Source: an uncultured Ruminococcus sp. (GTDB taxonomy: Bacteria; Bacillota; Clostridia; Oscillospirales; CAG-272). Taken from it: a stretch of 64,000 nt of DNA. The position numbers and the translations under genes were made by a program. The notes below the pieces were generated by a model. It was not told where the DNA came from, searched no databases, and worked only from the letters and a program-made list of their open reading frames with translations. This document shows, piece by piece, positions 39,837-48,745 of this stretch. The DNA is taken from assembly GCA_964590755.1 (NCBI GenBank), contig CAZPYK010000002.1:11135-75134 (forward strand). The letters are read 5' to 3'. Numbering within the stretch: the stretch's first letter is position 1; each line of letters opens with the position of its first letter.

Positions 39837-41378
39837 GTGGAAAACAATATTGCTCTTGAGCTGAGAGGCGTTACCAAACGCTTTGGGCATGTGGTAGCCA
39901 ACAAAAATGTCGATCTCACGGTGAAAAACGGCGAGATACTTGCCATTTTGGGTGAGAACGGAAGCGGCAAGACCACACTTATGAATATGATAGCCGGTAT
40001 ATATTATCCGGACGAGGGGTCTATTCTCATCAACGGCGAGGAGGTCACCATCAGCTCGCCCAAGGATGCATATAAATACAGAATCGGAATGATACATCAG
40101 CATTTTAAGCTTGTTGATGTTTTCAGCGCCACCGAAAATATCATACTCGGAATAAACGACGGGCAGCGCTTTGACAAAAAAGAAGCTCGCCGCCGTGTTG
40201 TCGAGATAACCGAAAAATACGGCTTCGTTATCGATCCCGACCGCAAGATATACGAGATGTCGGTCTCGGAAAAGCAGACGGTCGAGATAATAAAGGTCCT
40301 TTACCGCGGCGCGGATATACTTATACTTGACGAGCCAACGGCGGTGTTGACGCCGCAGGAGACTCAACGTCTTTTCGACGTTTTGCGCCGCATGCGTGCC
40401 GACGGAAAGGCGATCATAATCATAACTCACAAGCTTCATGAGGTGCTCTCTCTCTCCGATCGCGTGGCTGTTCTGCGCAAGGGAGAGTATATCGGAACGG
40501 TCGATACTGCCGCGACCGATGAGAGCGGGCTCACCGAGATGATGGTGGGCAAAAAGATAAGTCTTAATATTGAAAGAAAAGAGCCCCAAAATACCGCCGA
40601 CCGACTTGTTGTGCGCGGGCTTAACTGCCGCAACAAGGAGGGCGTGCCGGTGCTGAGCGATGTAAGCTTTACGGCGCGCGCGGGTGAGATACTGGGCATT
40701 GCCGGTATCGCCGGAAGCGGTCAGCGCGAGCTGCTTGAGTCCATTGCGGGTCTGCAGGCGCTTGAAACGGGCGAGATAATATATAACGACCCGAAGACCG
40801 GGGAAGCGGAGGATCTGCGCAACAAGACTCCGCTGCAAATAAGAAATCTGGGTGTCAGGCTTTCCTTTGTTCCCGAGGACAGACTCGGCATGGGACTTGT
40901 CGGAAACATGGATATCACCGACAACATGATGCTGAGAAGCTATCGGCGCGGAAAGACGATGTTTCTTGAACGCAAAAAGCCGCACGACCTTGCCGAACGC
41001 ATAGTCGAGGAGCTTGAGGTGGTCACGCCCGATCTTTCGACGCCGGTGCGTCGACTTTCGGGCGGAAATGTGCAAAAGGTGCTGGTCGGCAGAGAGATAT
41101 CCTCTCGTCCCACGGTGCTGATGGCGGCATATCCCGTGCGCGGACTTGATATCAACTCATCCTATCTTATTTACAACCTCCTTTCAAAGCAAAAGGAGAA
41201 CGGCGTTGCCGTGATATTCGTGGGTGAGGATCTTGACGTGCTGGTCGAGCTTTGTGACCGCATAATGGTAGTTGCCGACGGTCGCGTGACCGGAATGCTT
41301 GACGGCAGACAGACGACAAAGGAAGAGATAGGTCTTTTGATGACCAAGACCGATCGGAGAGGAGAGGACCATGAATAA
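39837..41378 (+). CDS. Nucleoside/sugar ABC transporter ATP-binding protein (two NBDs)
   Basis: GENGSGKT, LDEPTAVLTPQE, VPEDR, LSGGNVQK. Confidence 0.93.
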   Translation: MENNIALELRGVTKRFGHVVANKNVDLTVKNGEILAILGENGSGKTTLMNMIAGIYYPDEGSILINGEEVTISSPKDAYKYRIGMIHQHFKLVDVFSATENIILGINDGQRFDKKEARRRVVEITEKYGFVIDPDRKIYEMSVSEKQTVEIIKVLYRGADILILDEPTAVLTPQETQRLFDVLRRMRADGKAIIIITHKLHEVLSLSDRVAVLRKGEYIGTVDTAATDESGLTEMMVGKKISLNIERKEPQNTADRLVVRGLNCRNKEGVPVLSDVSFTARAGEILGIAGIAGSGQRELLESIAGLQALETGEIIYNDPKTGEAEDLRNKTPLQIRNLGVRLSFVPEDRLGMGLVGNMDITDNMMLRSYRRGKTMFLERKKPHDLAERIVEELEVVTPDLSTPVRRLSGGNVQKVLVGREISSRPTVLMAAYPVRGLDINSSYLIYNLLSKQKENGVAVIFVGEDLDVLVELCDRIMVVADGRVTGMLDGRQTTKEEIGLLMTKTDRRGEDHE

Positions 41379-42501
41379 GAGCAAAACAGGTGTGACGGCG
41401 TCCGAGCACAAGGGACATGAGCCGCTCTTTCACATAGTCAAGCGCGATGCCATGCCGTGGTATCATTCATGGATGATACGCGGGATCGCGGTCGCGGCGG
41501 CGCTGGTGCTGAGTGCGCTGGTGACGGTGCTTCTTACCGGCGAAAACCCGATCTCCGTTTATGTAACGATGATCAAGGGCAATTTTGCCACCAAAACGCG
41601 TATATGGAATATGCTTCAAAGCCTTGCGATGCTGCTTTGCGTGTCGCTGGCGGTCGCTCCCGCTTTCAAAATGCGATTTTGGAACACCGGTGCCGAGGGG
41701 CAGGTGCTGGCGGGAGGACTGGCAACAGCCGCTTGCATGATTCTGCTGGGCGGAAAGATACCCAATGCCTTGCTTTACGTGATAATGATCGTTGCCGCGA
41801 TAGCCGCGGGTGCGATATGGGCGGTGATCCCCGCCATATGCAAGGCGCAATGGAACACCAATGAGACTCTGTTTACACTTATGATGAACTACGTTGCCAC
41901 GCAGCTGGTCTCCTATTTCGTTATGGTGTGGGAGGTTCCGAAGGGCTCGGGTAAGGTCGGCATCATCAATCAAGCCACTCACGACGGATGGTTGCCCAAG
42001 CTGTTCGGAAATGATTACCTTTTGAACATCGTCATCGTTTTCGTTCTGACGGTGCTGGTCTACATCTATCTTAAATACAGCAAGCACGGATACGAGATAT
42101 CGGTCGTCGGCGAGAGCGAAAACACCGCAAGGTATATCGGCATAAATGTTAAAAAGGTCATAATCAGAACGATGCTGCTGTCGGGTGCGCTTTGCGGCGT
42201 GGCGGGCTTGCTGCTCGTCGGTTCCACCAACCACACCATAACCACCACGATAGCCGACGGGCGAGGCTTTACCGCGATAATGGTCGCTTGGCTTGCAAAG
42301 TTCGATCCGATATATATGATATTGACGTCATTCTTGCTGGTCTTCCTTGATAAGGGCGCCAATGAGATATCCACCGTTTTTCGTCTCAATCAGTCCTTTT
42401 CGGATATAATGGCGGGAATAATCCTGTTCTTTATTATAGGAAGCGAATTCTTTATCAATTATCGGGTGGTTTTCCGTCATTTGCAGAAGGAGGAGAAGTA
42501 A
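41371..42501 (+). CDS. Nucleoside ABC transporter permease
   Basis: WNTGAEGQ, NETLFTLMMNYVA, GRGFTAIMVAWLA. Confidence 0.9.
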   Translation: MNKSKTGVTASEHKGHEPLFHIVKRDAMPWYHSWMIRGIAVAAALVLSALVTVLLTGENPISVYVTMIKGNFATKTRIWNMLQSLAMLLCVSLAVAPAFKMRFWNTGAEGQVLAGGLATAACMILLGGKIPNALLYVIMIVAAIAAGAIWAVIPAICKAQWNTNETLFTLMMNYVATQLVSYFVMVWEVPKGSGKVGIINQATHDGWLPKLFGNDYLLNIVIVFVLTVLVYIYLKYSKHGYEISVVGESENTARYIGINVKKVIIRTMLLSGALCGVAGLLLVGSTNHTITTTIADGRGFTAIMVAWLAKFDPIYMILTSFLLVFLDKGANEISTVFRLNQSFSDIMAGIILFFIIGSEFFINYRVVFRHLQKEEK

Positions 42502-43503
42502 ATGTTCAGCTTAACGATGATAATTACATTTATTCAGCGTTCGATAGTGCAGAGCATTCCGCTCCTGCTCGGTTCGACGGGTGAGATACTTACCGAAAAA
42601 TCCGGAAATCTGAATCTGGGTATTCCCGGTATCATGTATGTCGGCGGCATCAGCGGAGTTATCGGCGCGTTTCTCTATGAGAATTCACTTGCCTCGCGTG
42701 AGGATATAAACGCGGTGCTTGCGATCTTGATCCCGCTCGTCTGCTCGATAGTCGGCTCGTTGCTGATGGGTCTGCTTTATTGCTTCCTTACCGTAACGCT
42801 TCGCGCAAACCAAAATGTTACCGGTCTTGCCATAACAACCTTCGGCGTGGGCTTTGGAAACTTTTTCGGCGCCTCCATTGTGAAGCTGACAAAAAGCGAG
42901 ATCCCCTCGGTCGCGCTGACCAACACCAGCCGCTTTTTCACCGCCAAGCTTCCTTTTGCCGAAAAGCTGGGGTGGTTCGGCGATATATTCCTATCATACG
43001 GCTTCATGACGTACATGGCGATAATAATTGCGCTTGTCGTAGCGCATGTGCTCAAGAGAACGCGCGTCGGCCTTGAGTTGCGAGCGGTGGGAGAAAGCCC
43101 CGCCACGGCAGATGCCGCGGGCATAAATGTTGTTAAATACAAATATTTTGCCACCTGCATAGGCTGTATCATTGCGGGACTCGGCGGACTTTACTATGTA
43201 ATGGACTACGCCAACGGGGTATGGTCGAACGAGGGCTTCGGCGACCGCGGATGGCTTGCCATTGCGCTTGTCATATTTGCGCTTTGGAAGCCGGATACCG
43301 GTATACTCGGTTCATTCCTGTTCGGTGCGCTGTATATAGTTTATAACTATATTCCGGGTCTCGGACTCAGCACTCAAGAGCTCTTCAAAATGCTGCCGTA
43401 CGTGGTTACCATAGTGGTGCTGGTCGTTATCAGCATGCGCAAAAAGCGCGAGAGCCAGCCGCCCGCCGCGCTCGGAGCGTCCTATTTCAGAGAAGAAAGA
43501 TAA
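42502..43503 (+). CDS. Nucleoside ABC transporter permease
   Basis: EKSGNLNLG, ANQNVTGLA, LRAVGESP, RGWLAIALV, LPYVVT. Confidence 0.9.
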   Translation: MFSLTMIITFIQRSIVQSIPLLLGSTGEILTEKSGNLNLGIPGIMYVGGISGVIGAFLYENSLASREDINAVLAILIPLVCSIVGSLLMGLLYCFLTVTLRANQNVTGLAITTFGVGFGNFFGASIVKLTKSEIPSVALTNTSRFFTAKLPFAEKLGWFGDIFLSYGFMTYMAIIIALVVAHVLKRTRVGLELRAVGESPATADAAGINVVKYKYFATCIGCIIAGLGGLYYVMDYANGVWSNEGFGDRGWLAIALVIFALWKPDTGILGSFLFGALYIVYNYIPGLGLSTQELFKMLPYVVTIVVLVVISMRKKRESQPPAALGASYFREER

Positions 43504-43528
43504 TATTTCCGTTTCGGTCGAAAAGACA

Positions 43529-43577
43529 AGCCGGCGACATCCGAACATTATCGGGTGTCGCCGGCTAAATTTTTTTT
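43529..43577 (+). terminator. Rho-independent terminator
   Basis: AGCCGGCGACATCCGA / TCGGGTGTCGCCGGCT stem then a T-tract. Confidence 0.75.
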
Positions 43578-43595
43578 AAAAATGTCGTTTTTCTA

Positions 43596-43655
43596 TTGAC
43601 AACATAACAATGTTATGGTATAATCTTGGCATAACATCGTTACGTAACATTGTTA
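43596..43655 (+). promoter_or_regulatory. Consensus sigma-A promoter with three TAACAnnGTTA palindromic operator-like sites
   Basis: TTGACA-17 bp-TATAAT at 43596-43624; sites at 43605-43615, 43632-43642 and 43645-43655. Confidence 0.75.
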
Positions 43656-43682
43656 ACCTAAAAAACATGAGTGAGGTGAAGC

Positions 43683-44114
43683 ATGAACGAGGATCTGATC
43701 ACCAAAAGGGAGCTTCTTGAAAAATACGGCATTTCCTACGGTGCGCTTTACCGTTGGAAGCGTATGGGGCTCATCCCGGAGGAGTGGTTTATAAAGCGTG
43801 CGGTATCGACGGGGCAGGAGACCTATTTCGATCGTGCGACGATAACCGAGCGCATAGACACGATAATCAAACTCAAGGACAGCATGTCGCTTGAAGAGAT
43901 AGCCGTTCAACTCGGCGCGCAAAACGGCATGCAGCGGCGGTCGGGCGTGCAGTTGAAGCTTGTGTGGCGGTCGGGAGAGCGCACGGTCGCGCTTGAAGAA
44001 TTGGAGGGTGTTTTTTTGATAGACCCTCAGGGGGAAACGACCGACATCACCGAAATGATCAAGAATAATCATCGTGAGCCGAATCTGAAAAACGGGTCGT
44101 TTTTCAGACGTTGA
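43683..44114 (+). CDS. YhbD/DUF4004 family MerR-like DNA-binding protein
   Basis: LITKRELLEKYGISYGALYRWKRMGLIPEEWFIK..STGQETYF. Confidence 0.82.
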   Translation: MNEDLITKRELLEKYGISYGALYRWKRMGLIPEEWFIKRAVSTGQETYFDRATITERIDTIIKLKDSMSLEEIAVQLGAQNGMQRRSGVQLKLVWRSGERTVALEELEGVFLIDPQGETTDITEMIKNNHREPNLKNGSFFRR

Positions 44115-44175
44115 GTTTGCGGCATTCGTGCCAAAACGGCGGCACGAATGGGCTGTCGTTTTGAGACAGCCCCGG

Positions 44176-44403
44176 GGCTTTAGACAAAATAAACGGTCTC
44201 ACCGGAGCGCCGAAAGTTTTCGCCCGCCTTTTTCAAAAGGCGGTGCAGTCAAGGGCGCAGAGCCCTTGTCGCGCTCCGCAGAGCGCGAAACTCTATTGGC
44301 GTTTCTCTTTTGTTAACTTTTCTCTTTGCGCCTGTGGTGTCAAAGAGAAAAGTGGCTGAAGACTTTATGCATTTTTAATATTGCGTATCTTTTGTCTACA
44401 GTC
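44176..44403. mobile_element. MITE-like non-autonomous element
   Basis: Imperfect terminal inverted repeats GGCTTTAGACAAAA / TTTTGTCTACAGTC (12/14), internal hairpins, no credible ORF. Confidence 0.55.
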
Positions 44404-44518
44404 TGCGACGAATTTCATTCGTCGAGTTCGATTTTAGGGGCGCGTATTACGTTAGTAAGACAGCCCCATGCACAAACTCACATTATCCATTTATAATAAG
44501 AAAGGAATTACAATAAAA

Positions 44519-45238
44519 ATGAACGATCTCAAAATAAGCGGCGCCGGAAGCTTCGGCGGCGGAGAATTTGAAAATGTAAAGATCAGCGGCTCTGGGCGTG
44601 TTAACGGCGATCTTGTCTGCCAAAGCTTCGCTGCATCCGGCTCGGCAAGGATATGCGGGAGCATCAAATGCAAGGGCTTTGCCTGCTCCGGCGCGACAAA
44701 GGTGGGGGGAAATGTTGAATGCGACGGCAAAATGGCATTGTCCGGCTCCTCGGCAATCGGCGGAGCTGTGCGCGCGGACGAGCTTCGCTCGTCGGGGGTA
44801 CTGTCGGCGGGTCAAGGCTTGATCGTGCGCGAGCTGCGCTCCTCCGGCGTTTTCGAGGTGACCGGGGATGTGTCCGCAGAGAGGGCTTGCATCAGCGGGA
44901 GGATCAAAATAACGGGTCTTTTGAATGCCGAAAGCGTTGAGATAGCGGTGACCCAGGGCACACGCTGCGAGATAGATCAGATCGGCGGCAATAATATAGA
45001 GATAAAATATCTGCCTCGTGAAGATATCGCATTTCGGATTTTCGGATACAAAGAGAAGACGCTCGCACGTGTTTCGTCCATTGAGGCGGACACGGTGAAC
45101 GTCTCCTGCGCGGAGGTTGGGACTGTCCGCGCCATCGACTGCACTGTGGGCGACGGCTGCGTTATCGATACCGTTGAATACAGCGGGACGCTCACGGTCA
45201 GCGAGACGGCAACGATCAAGAATATCGTCAAGCTTTGA
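44519..45238 (+). CDS. Polymer-forming cytoskeletal (bactofilin-like, YhbE/YhbF-like) protein
   Basis: Repeated (I/V)SGS.(I/V).G beta-helix units; follows the yhbD-like gene; AAAGGA RBS. Confidence 0.75.
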   Translation: MNDLKISGAGSFGGGEFENVKISGSGRVNGDLVCQSFAASGSARICGSIKCKGFACSGATKVGGNVECDGKMALSGSSAIGGAVRADELRSSGVLSAGQGLIVRELRSSGVFEVTGDVSAERACISGRIKITGLLNAESVEIAVTQGTRCEIDQIGGNNIEIKYLPREDIAFRIFGYKEKTLARVSSIEADTVNVSCAEVGTVRAIDCTVGDGCVIDTVEYSGTLTVSETATIKNIVKL

Positions 45239-45305
45239 AGAGGCACAGCCTCGGAAAGAGCCGAAATCCGACGCGAGAAGAAAAGGAAAGGGTACGCTGA
45301 TCGAC

Positions 45306-46214
45306 ATGAAGAAAAAGACGACCGCATACGGCATACTGCTTGCCGTTTTGGCAGCGGCGCTTTACGCCGTGAATTCACCGTTTTCTAAGCTATTGCTTGA
45401 ATATGTGCCGTCAACCCTGATGGCGGGCATACTGTATATCGGTGCCGGTCTCGGTATGGGTGTGATAGCCTCGGTTCGTCGCGCACGAGGTTCACGGAGA
45501 ACCGAGGAGAGGATCACAAAGGCGGATCTTCCGTACACGGTGGCAATGATAGTTTTGGATATCGCCGCGCCGATCCTGTTGCTGTTGGGGCTGTCCCATA
45601 CTACTGCGGCGAACGCATCCCTGCTTAATAATTTTGAGATCGTTGCGACCGCGATCATCGCCTTGATGATATTTAAGGAGAAGATCTGCGCTCGTCTGTG
45701 GCTCGGTATTCTGTTCGTTACCGCGTCCTGCGCACTGCTCTCGTTTGAGGATATTTCAAGCTTCGGTTTTTCGTCGGGGTCGTTGTTTGTTCTTCTTGCC
45801 TGCGTGTGTTGGGGTGTTGAGAATAATTGCACGAGAAAGCTGTCGGCAAAGGATCCGCTTGAGATAGTTCTTTTAAAGGGCATCTTTTCGGGCCTCGGCT
45901 CGGTCATCATCGGCTTGTGTCTCGGGGAGCGTGTTACGGCACCGTGGAGCGTGTTTGCCGTTCTCGGCGTGGGATTTGTAGCATATGGGTTGAGCATATT
46001 TTTCTATGTCTACGCGCAGAGGATACTCGGCGCGGCGAGAACGAGCGCATATTACGCGATAGCGCCTTTTATCGGCACACTTTTGTCGCTCGTGATCTTC
46101 CGCGAGCTTCCGCCGTATACATATTTTGCGGCACTCGGCTTGATGATCGTCGGCGCATGGCTTTGTTCAAGCGATGAACCGCTCATCCGAAAGCGGAAAG
46201 GCAAACGAAAATGA
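45306..46214 (+). CDS. DMT/EamA family transporter
   Basis: About 10 TMs, TTAANASLLNNFE, WGVENN, LGAARTSAYYAIAPF. Confidence 0.88.
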   Translation: MKKKTTAYGILLAVLAAALYAVNSPFSKLLLEYVPSTLMAGILYIGAGLGMGVIASVRRARGSRRTEERITKADLPYTVAMIVLDIAAPILLLLGLSHTTAANASLLNNFEIVATAIIALMIFKEKICARLWLGILFVTASCALLSFEDISSFGFSSGSLFVLLACVCWGVENNCTRKLSAKDPLEIVLLKGIFSGLGSVIIGLCLGERVTAPWSVFAVLGVGFVAYGLSIFFYVYAQRILGAARTSAYYAIAPFIGTLLSLVIFRELPPYTYFAALGLMIVGAWLCSSDEPLIRKRKGKRK

Positions 46215-46300
46215 CTTTCGTGCCTCGTCATCTGTGTGGAAAAACGAAGTTTTTGACGCATCACATCGCAGGATCGTTTTTGTCCGTTGAACTCGATTTT

Positions 46301-46345
46301 CGGGGGCTGTCTCACGGTAGCGAGACAGCCCCCCGTTTTTTTATT
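46301..46345. terminator. Hairpin/terminator between convergent genes (GTCTC/GAGAC palindrome family)
   Basis: GGGGGCTGTCTC / GAGACAGCCCCC stem then TTTTTTT. Confidence 0.7.
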
Positions 46346-46395
46346 CATATTTTGCGGAACGCTCCGCGCTCAAGTCGCATATTGTGTGTGTTTTC

Positions 46396-47367
46396 TTAAA
46401 ATTTTCCGCTTCTGCCGCCGTGAGAAGCACCCGAGGAGCTTGTGTGCGATCTGCTGCCACCGCCACCGCCTCCCGAGCTGCTTTGAGCGCGCGGGGTCTT
46501 GGAGACCGTGCTGTAAAGATATCGGTCGATGCTTTGAGTCAGCGTAAAGCTGCCTCGGCGCACATAGTCGGCGGCCTGCTCACGGCGGCGAATGTTGCTC
46601 ATCTTTGACTTCATGACTGCAAGCCAAACAAAGCCTATCACCATGGCTGCCGCGAGCACGCCGAGAAAGCAAAGTGCGCATTCGGCGAGATAAGTTGAAT
46701 AATATCCGCCGCTTACGTCGCCGCCGAGGGCTTCGGATAACGCTTTGAATATTCCCGCGAAGGAGTAGGAACTATACTCGTCGGGGATCCTTTCCTCTAC
46801 CCAATAGCCGCCGATCTCGGAATTATAGCTGTTTCGCCATGCGTCGGCGTTCTCGGTCTTGCTCTGCTCGTATGCTTCGACAGCATCAAGGCAGCTTCGG
46901 GTAAGCTTCACAAATGAGAGCGCGGCGGCGCTGTAATCGTCCTCGCGCAGATATTCGACCACCGTGTCGGTCAGCTTGTCAATCCTTTGATCCTCGTTGA
47001 AGAGCCCGATCGCGTTACCGCTTGTTGACACGGCATAATCGCGGTATTCAGTGCTGATGAGCAGAAGTATTTCGTCGGAGTTGAGTGAGAAAAGGCTGTC
47101 GTACAGATCGTCGGCATATGCCTCGGCGGTCTTGAAGTCGAGCGATCGGACGGTGGCAACATAGACGTTAAAGCCGTGATCGCGCTTTATCTCTGCGGCA
47201 AGCTCGTCGATCTGTTCCTCAATATATGCGCTTATTATGTCTGCCTCGTCGGATACCCACGTGTGGCTATCCGCTGCCGCAGCGGGGATGCAAATGAGAG
47301 AGAAGAGCAGAGCGAGCAGCGTTGTGATGCTTACGGCTGTAATGCTTTTTTTGAATTTCATTTTCAT
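46396..47367 (-). CDS. TPM domain membrane protein with Gly/Ser-rich tail
   Basis: Signal peptide, VSDEADII, AEAYADDLY, ILLLISTEYRDY, one TM, SSSGGGGGGS..HGGRSGKF tail. Confidence 0.85.
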   Translation of the reverse strand: MKMKFKKSITAVSITTLLALLFSLICIPAAAADSHTWVSDEADIISAYIEEQIDELAAEIKRDHGFNVYVATVRSLDFKTAEAYADDLYDSLFSLNSDEILLLISTEYRDYAVSTSGNAIGLFNEDQRIDKLTDTVVEYLREDDYSAAALSFVKLTRSCLDAVEAYEQSKTENADAWRNSYNSEIGGYWVEERIPDEYSSYSFAGIFKALSEALGGDVSGGYYSTYLAECALCFLGVLAAAMVIGFVWLAVMKSKMSNIRRREQAADYVRRGSFTLTQSIDRYLYSTVSKTPRAQSSSGGGGGGSRSHTSSSGASHGGRSGKF

Positions 47368-47376
47368 CCCCTCCGA

Positions 47377-48471
47377 TCAAAGCAGAAATACGAGCAGGGT
47401 GCCTATCAACGCGGCGACCGCGGAGACGATGCCCCAGTATTTCCAATATTTTCGGCGATCGACCGGCAGGCTTCCGATGAATCTGCCCGTCTGACCGTTC
47501 ATGGCAAAGGTATACAGCTTGCCGCGATATTCGGTATTCAACAGCCAGACCGGAAGCAGCGCATAGCGTATCGACTGATCGCGCAGCTTGATATTCGTGC
47601 TTTGCGGAATGCAGGAGGCATAACCCTTTACGGTTGAGGTGAGCGCCGCGGCGGTGCTCTTTTTTATGCGCTCGTTGGCACGCGCCGAGCTCTCGGCGGC
47701 TCCGACATCATATTTATCGGCAAAATATCCGGCAAGATACGGGGAAGCGAAGTCGGTGAGTTCGGAATAGTCGAAGGGCTCAAGCGCTTCCATGTATGTA
47801 TCGTCCATCTTTTTCGAACCGTCGACGGGTACACGGTCGAAGCCTATCGAGCCGGAGCGCACGACCTGAAAATGAGAGGTCCGCGTGTAATGATACGAGC
47901 TGTCGGACCAGTGGCTGACACGGGTGGCGCGGAAGCTCATTGAGGCATCGGCGTCTGCGTTAAAGAGCCAAAAGGGAACATACACCCCTTGAATGCTGTT
48001 TATCCTGTTCTCGGATCGGAAGGAATCCGGAAGCAGTTTTTTGCCCTTCATGAATTTTTTGAGAGCTTCCTTAGCCCCTTCCTTGTCTATTTTGAACGGT
48101 ATGACATAGTCGGGACGAAGCGAACCGCTGAATTTTTGTGTGATTATAACGTTATTTCCGCAAAATGGGCACACTGTGGCAGCGGTGTTGGCATCGCCTA
48201 TCACCTCGCCGCCGCAGGAGGCGCAGACGTATGAGACCATATTCTCGGTCTCGTTCTCTCCCCACGTGCCGTTTCCGCTTTCGGTGCCGTATTCCTCCCA
48301 CTCGGGAGTGTTGTCCTCGGTGGCGCGTTGATTTTCGTCAAATTCGCGCAGAGTCTCTGCTTCGAATTCGGTGTCGCAATACGGACAGCGCAGCTTTTGA
48401 AGCTTGCTGTCGAATTCTATGGCACCGCCGCAGCATGGACATTTATATTGAAGCATTGTGCTGTCTGCCAT
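47377..48471 (-). CDS. Double zinc-ribbon membrane-anchored protein
   Basis: CPCCGG, CPYCD, CASCGG, CPFCG; PDYVIPF, YVPFWLF, LLPVW, MNGQTG; C-terminal TM. Confidence 0.8.
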   Translation of the reverse strand: MADSTMLQYKCPCCGGAIEFDSKLQKLRCPYCDTEFEAETLREFDENQRATEDNTPEWEEYGTESGNGTWGENETENMVSYVCASCGGEVIGDANTAATVCPFCGNNVIITQKFSGSLRPDYVIPFKIDKEGAKEALKKFMKGKKLLPDSFRSENRINSIQGVYVPFWLFNADADASMSFRATRVSHWSDSSYHYTRTSHFQVVRSGSIGFDRVPVDGSKKMDDTYMEALEPFDYSELTDFASPYLAGYFADKYDVGAAESSARANERIKKSTAAALTSTVKGYASCIPQSTNIKLRDQSIRYALLPVWLLNTEYRGKLYTFAMNGQTGRFIGSLPVDRRKYWKYWGIVSAVAALIGTLLVFLL

Positions 48472-48745
48472 TGGTGGATCCCTTTCCGCTTTGATCGATC
48501 AAGCTGATAAACATATTATAAATATATTATACATTATTCGCGCCGATTTGGCAAGAGATTTTCGTTCGTCGCGCGATTTTTTTGCATTCGGATCGCTTTT
48601 TTGTCGAATTCATGAAAAAATCAGCACCGCGTCACACGATGATTACAGCTTTTTTGCGTGAAACGGCGACAGTTCATAAAATGTTTATATTTTCGTGTTA
48701 TACTGTAGTATGTGTCATGATCTAAAAAGAAAGGAACACTTTTTT

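Noticed and set aside
40980-41200. Degenerate Walker B (MAAYPVRGLD) in the second NBD of the nucleoside ABC ATPase
   Set aside because: This is normal for this two-domain carbohydrate/nucleoside ATPase family.
44128-44316. 62-aa ORF inside the yhbD-bactofilin gap
   Set aside because: It lies across palindromic MITE-like sequence, with no RBS and no transposase similarity.
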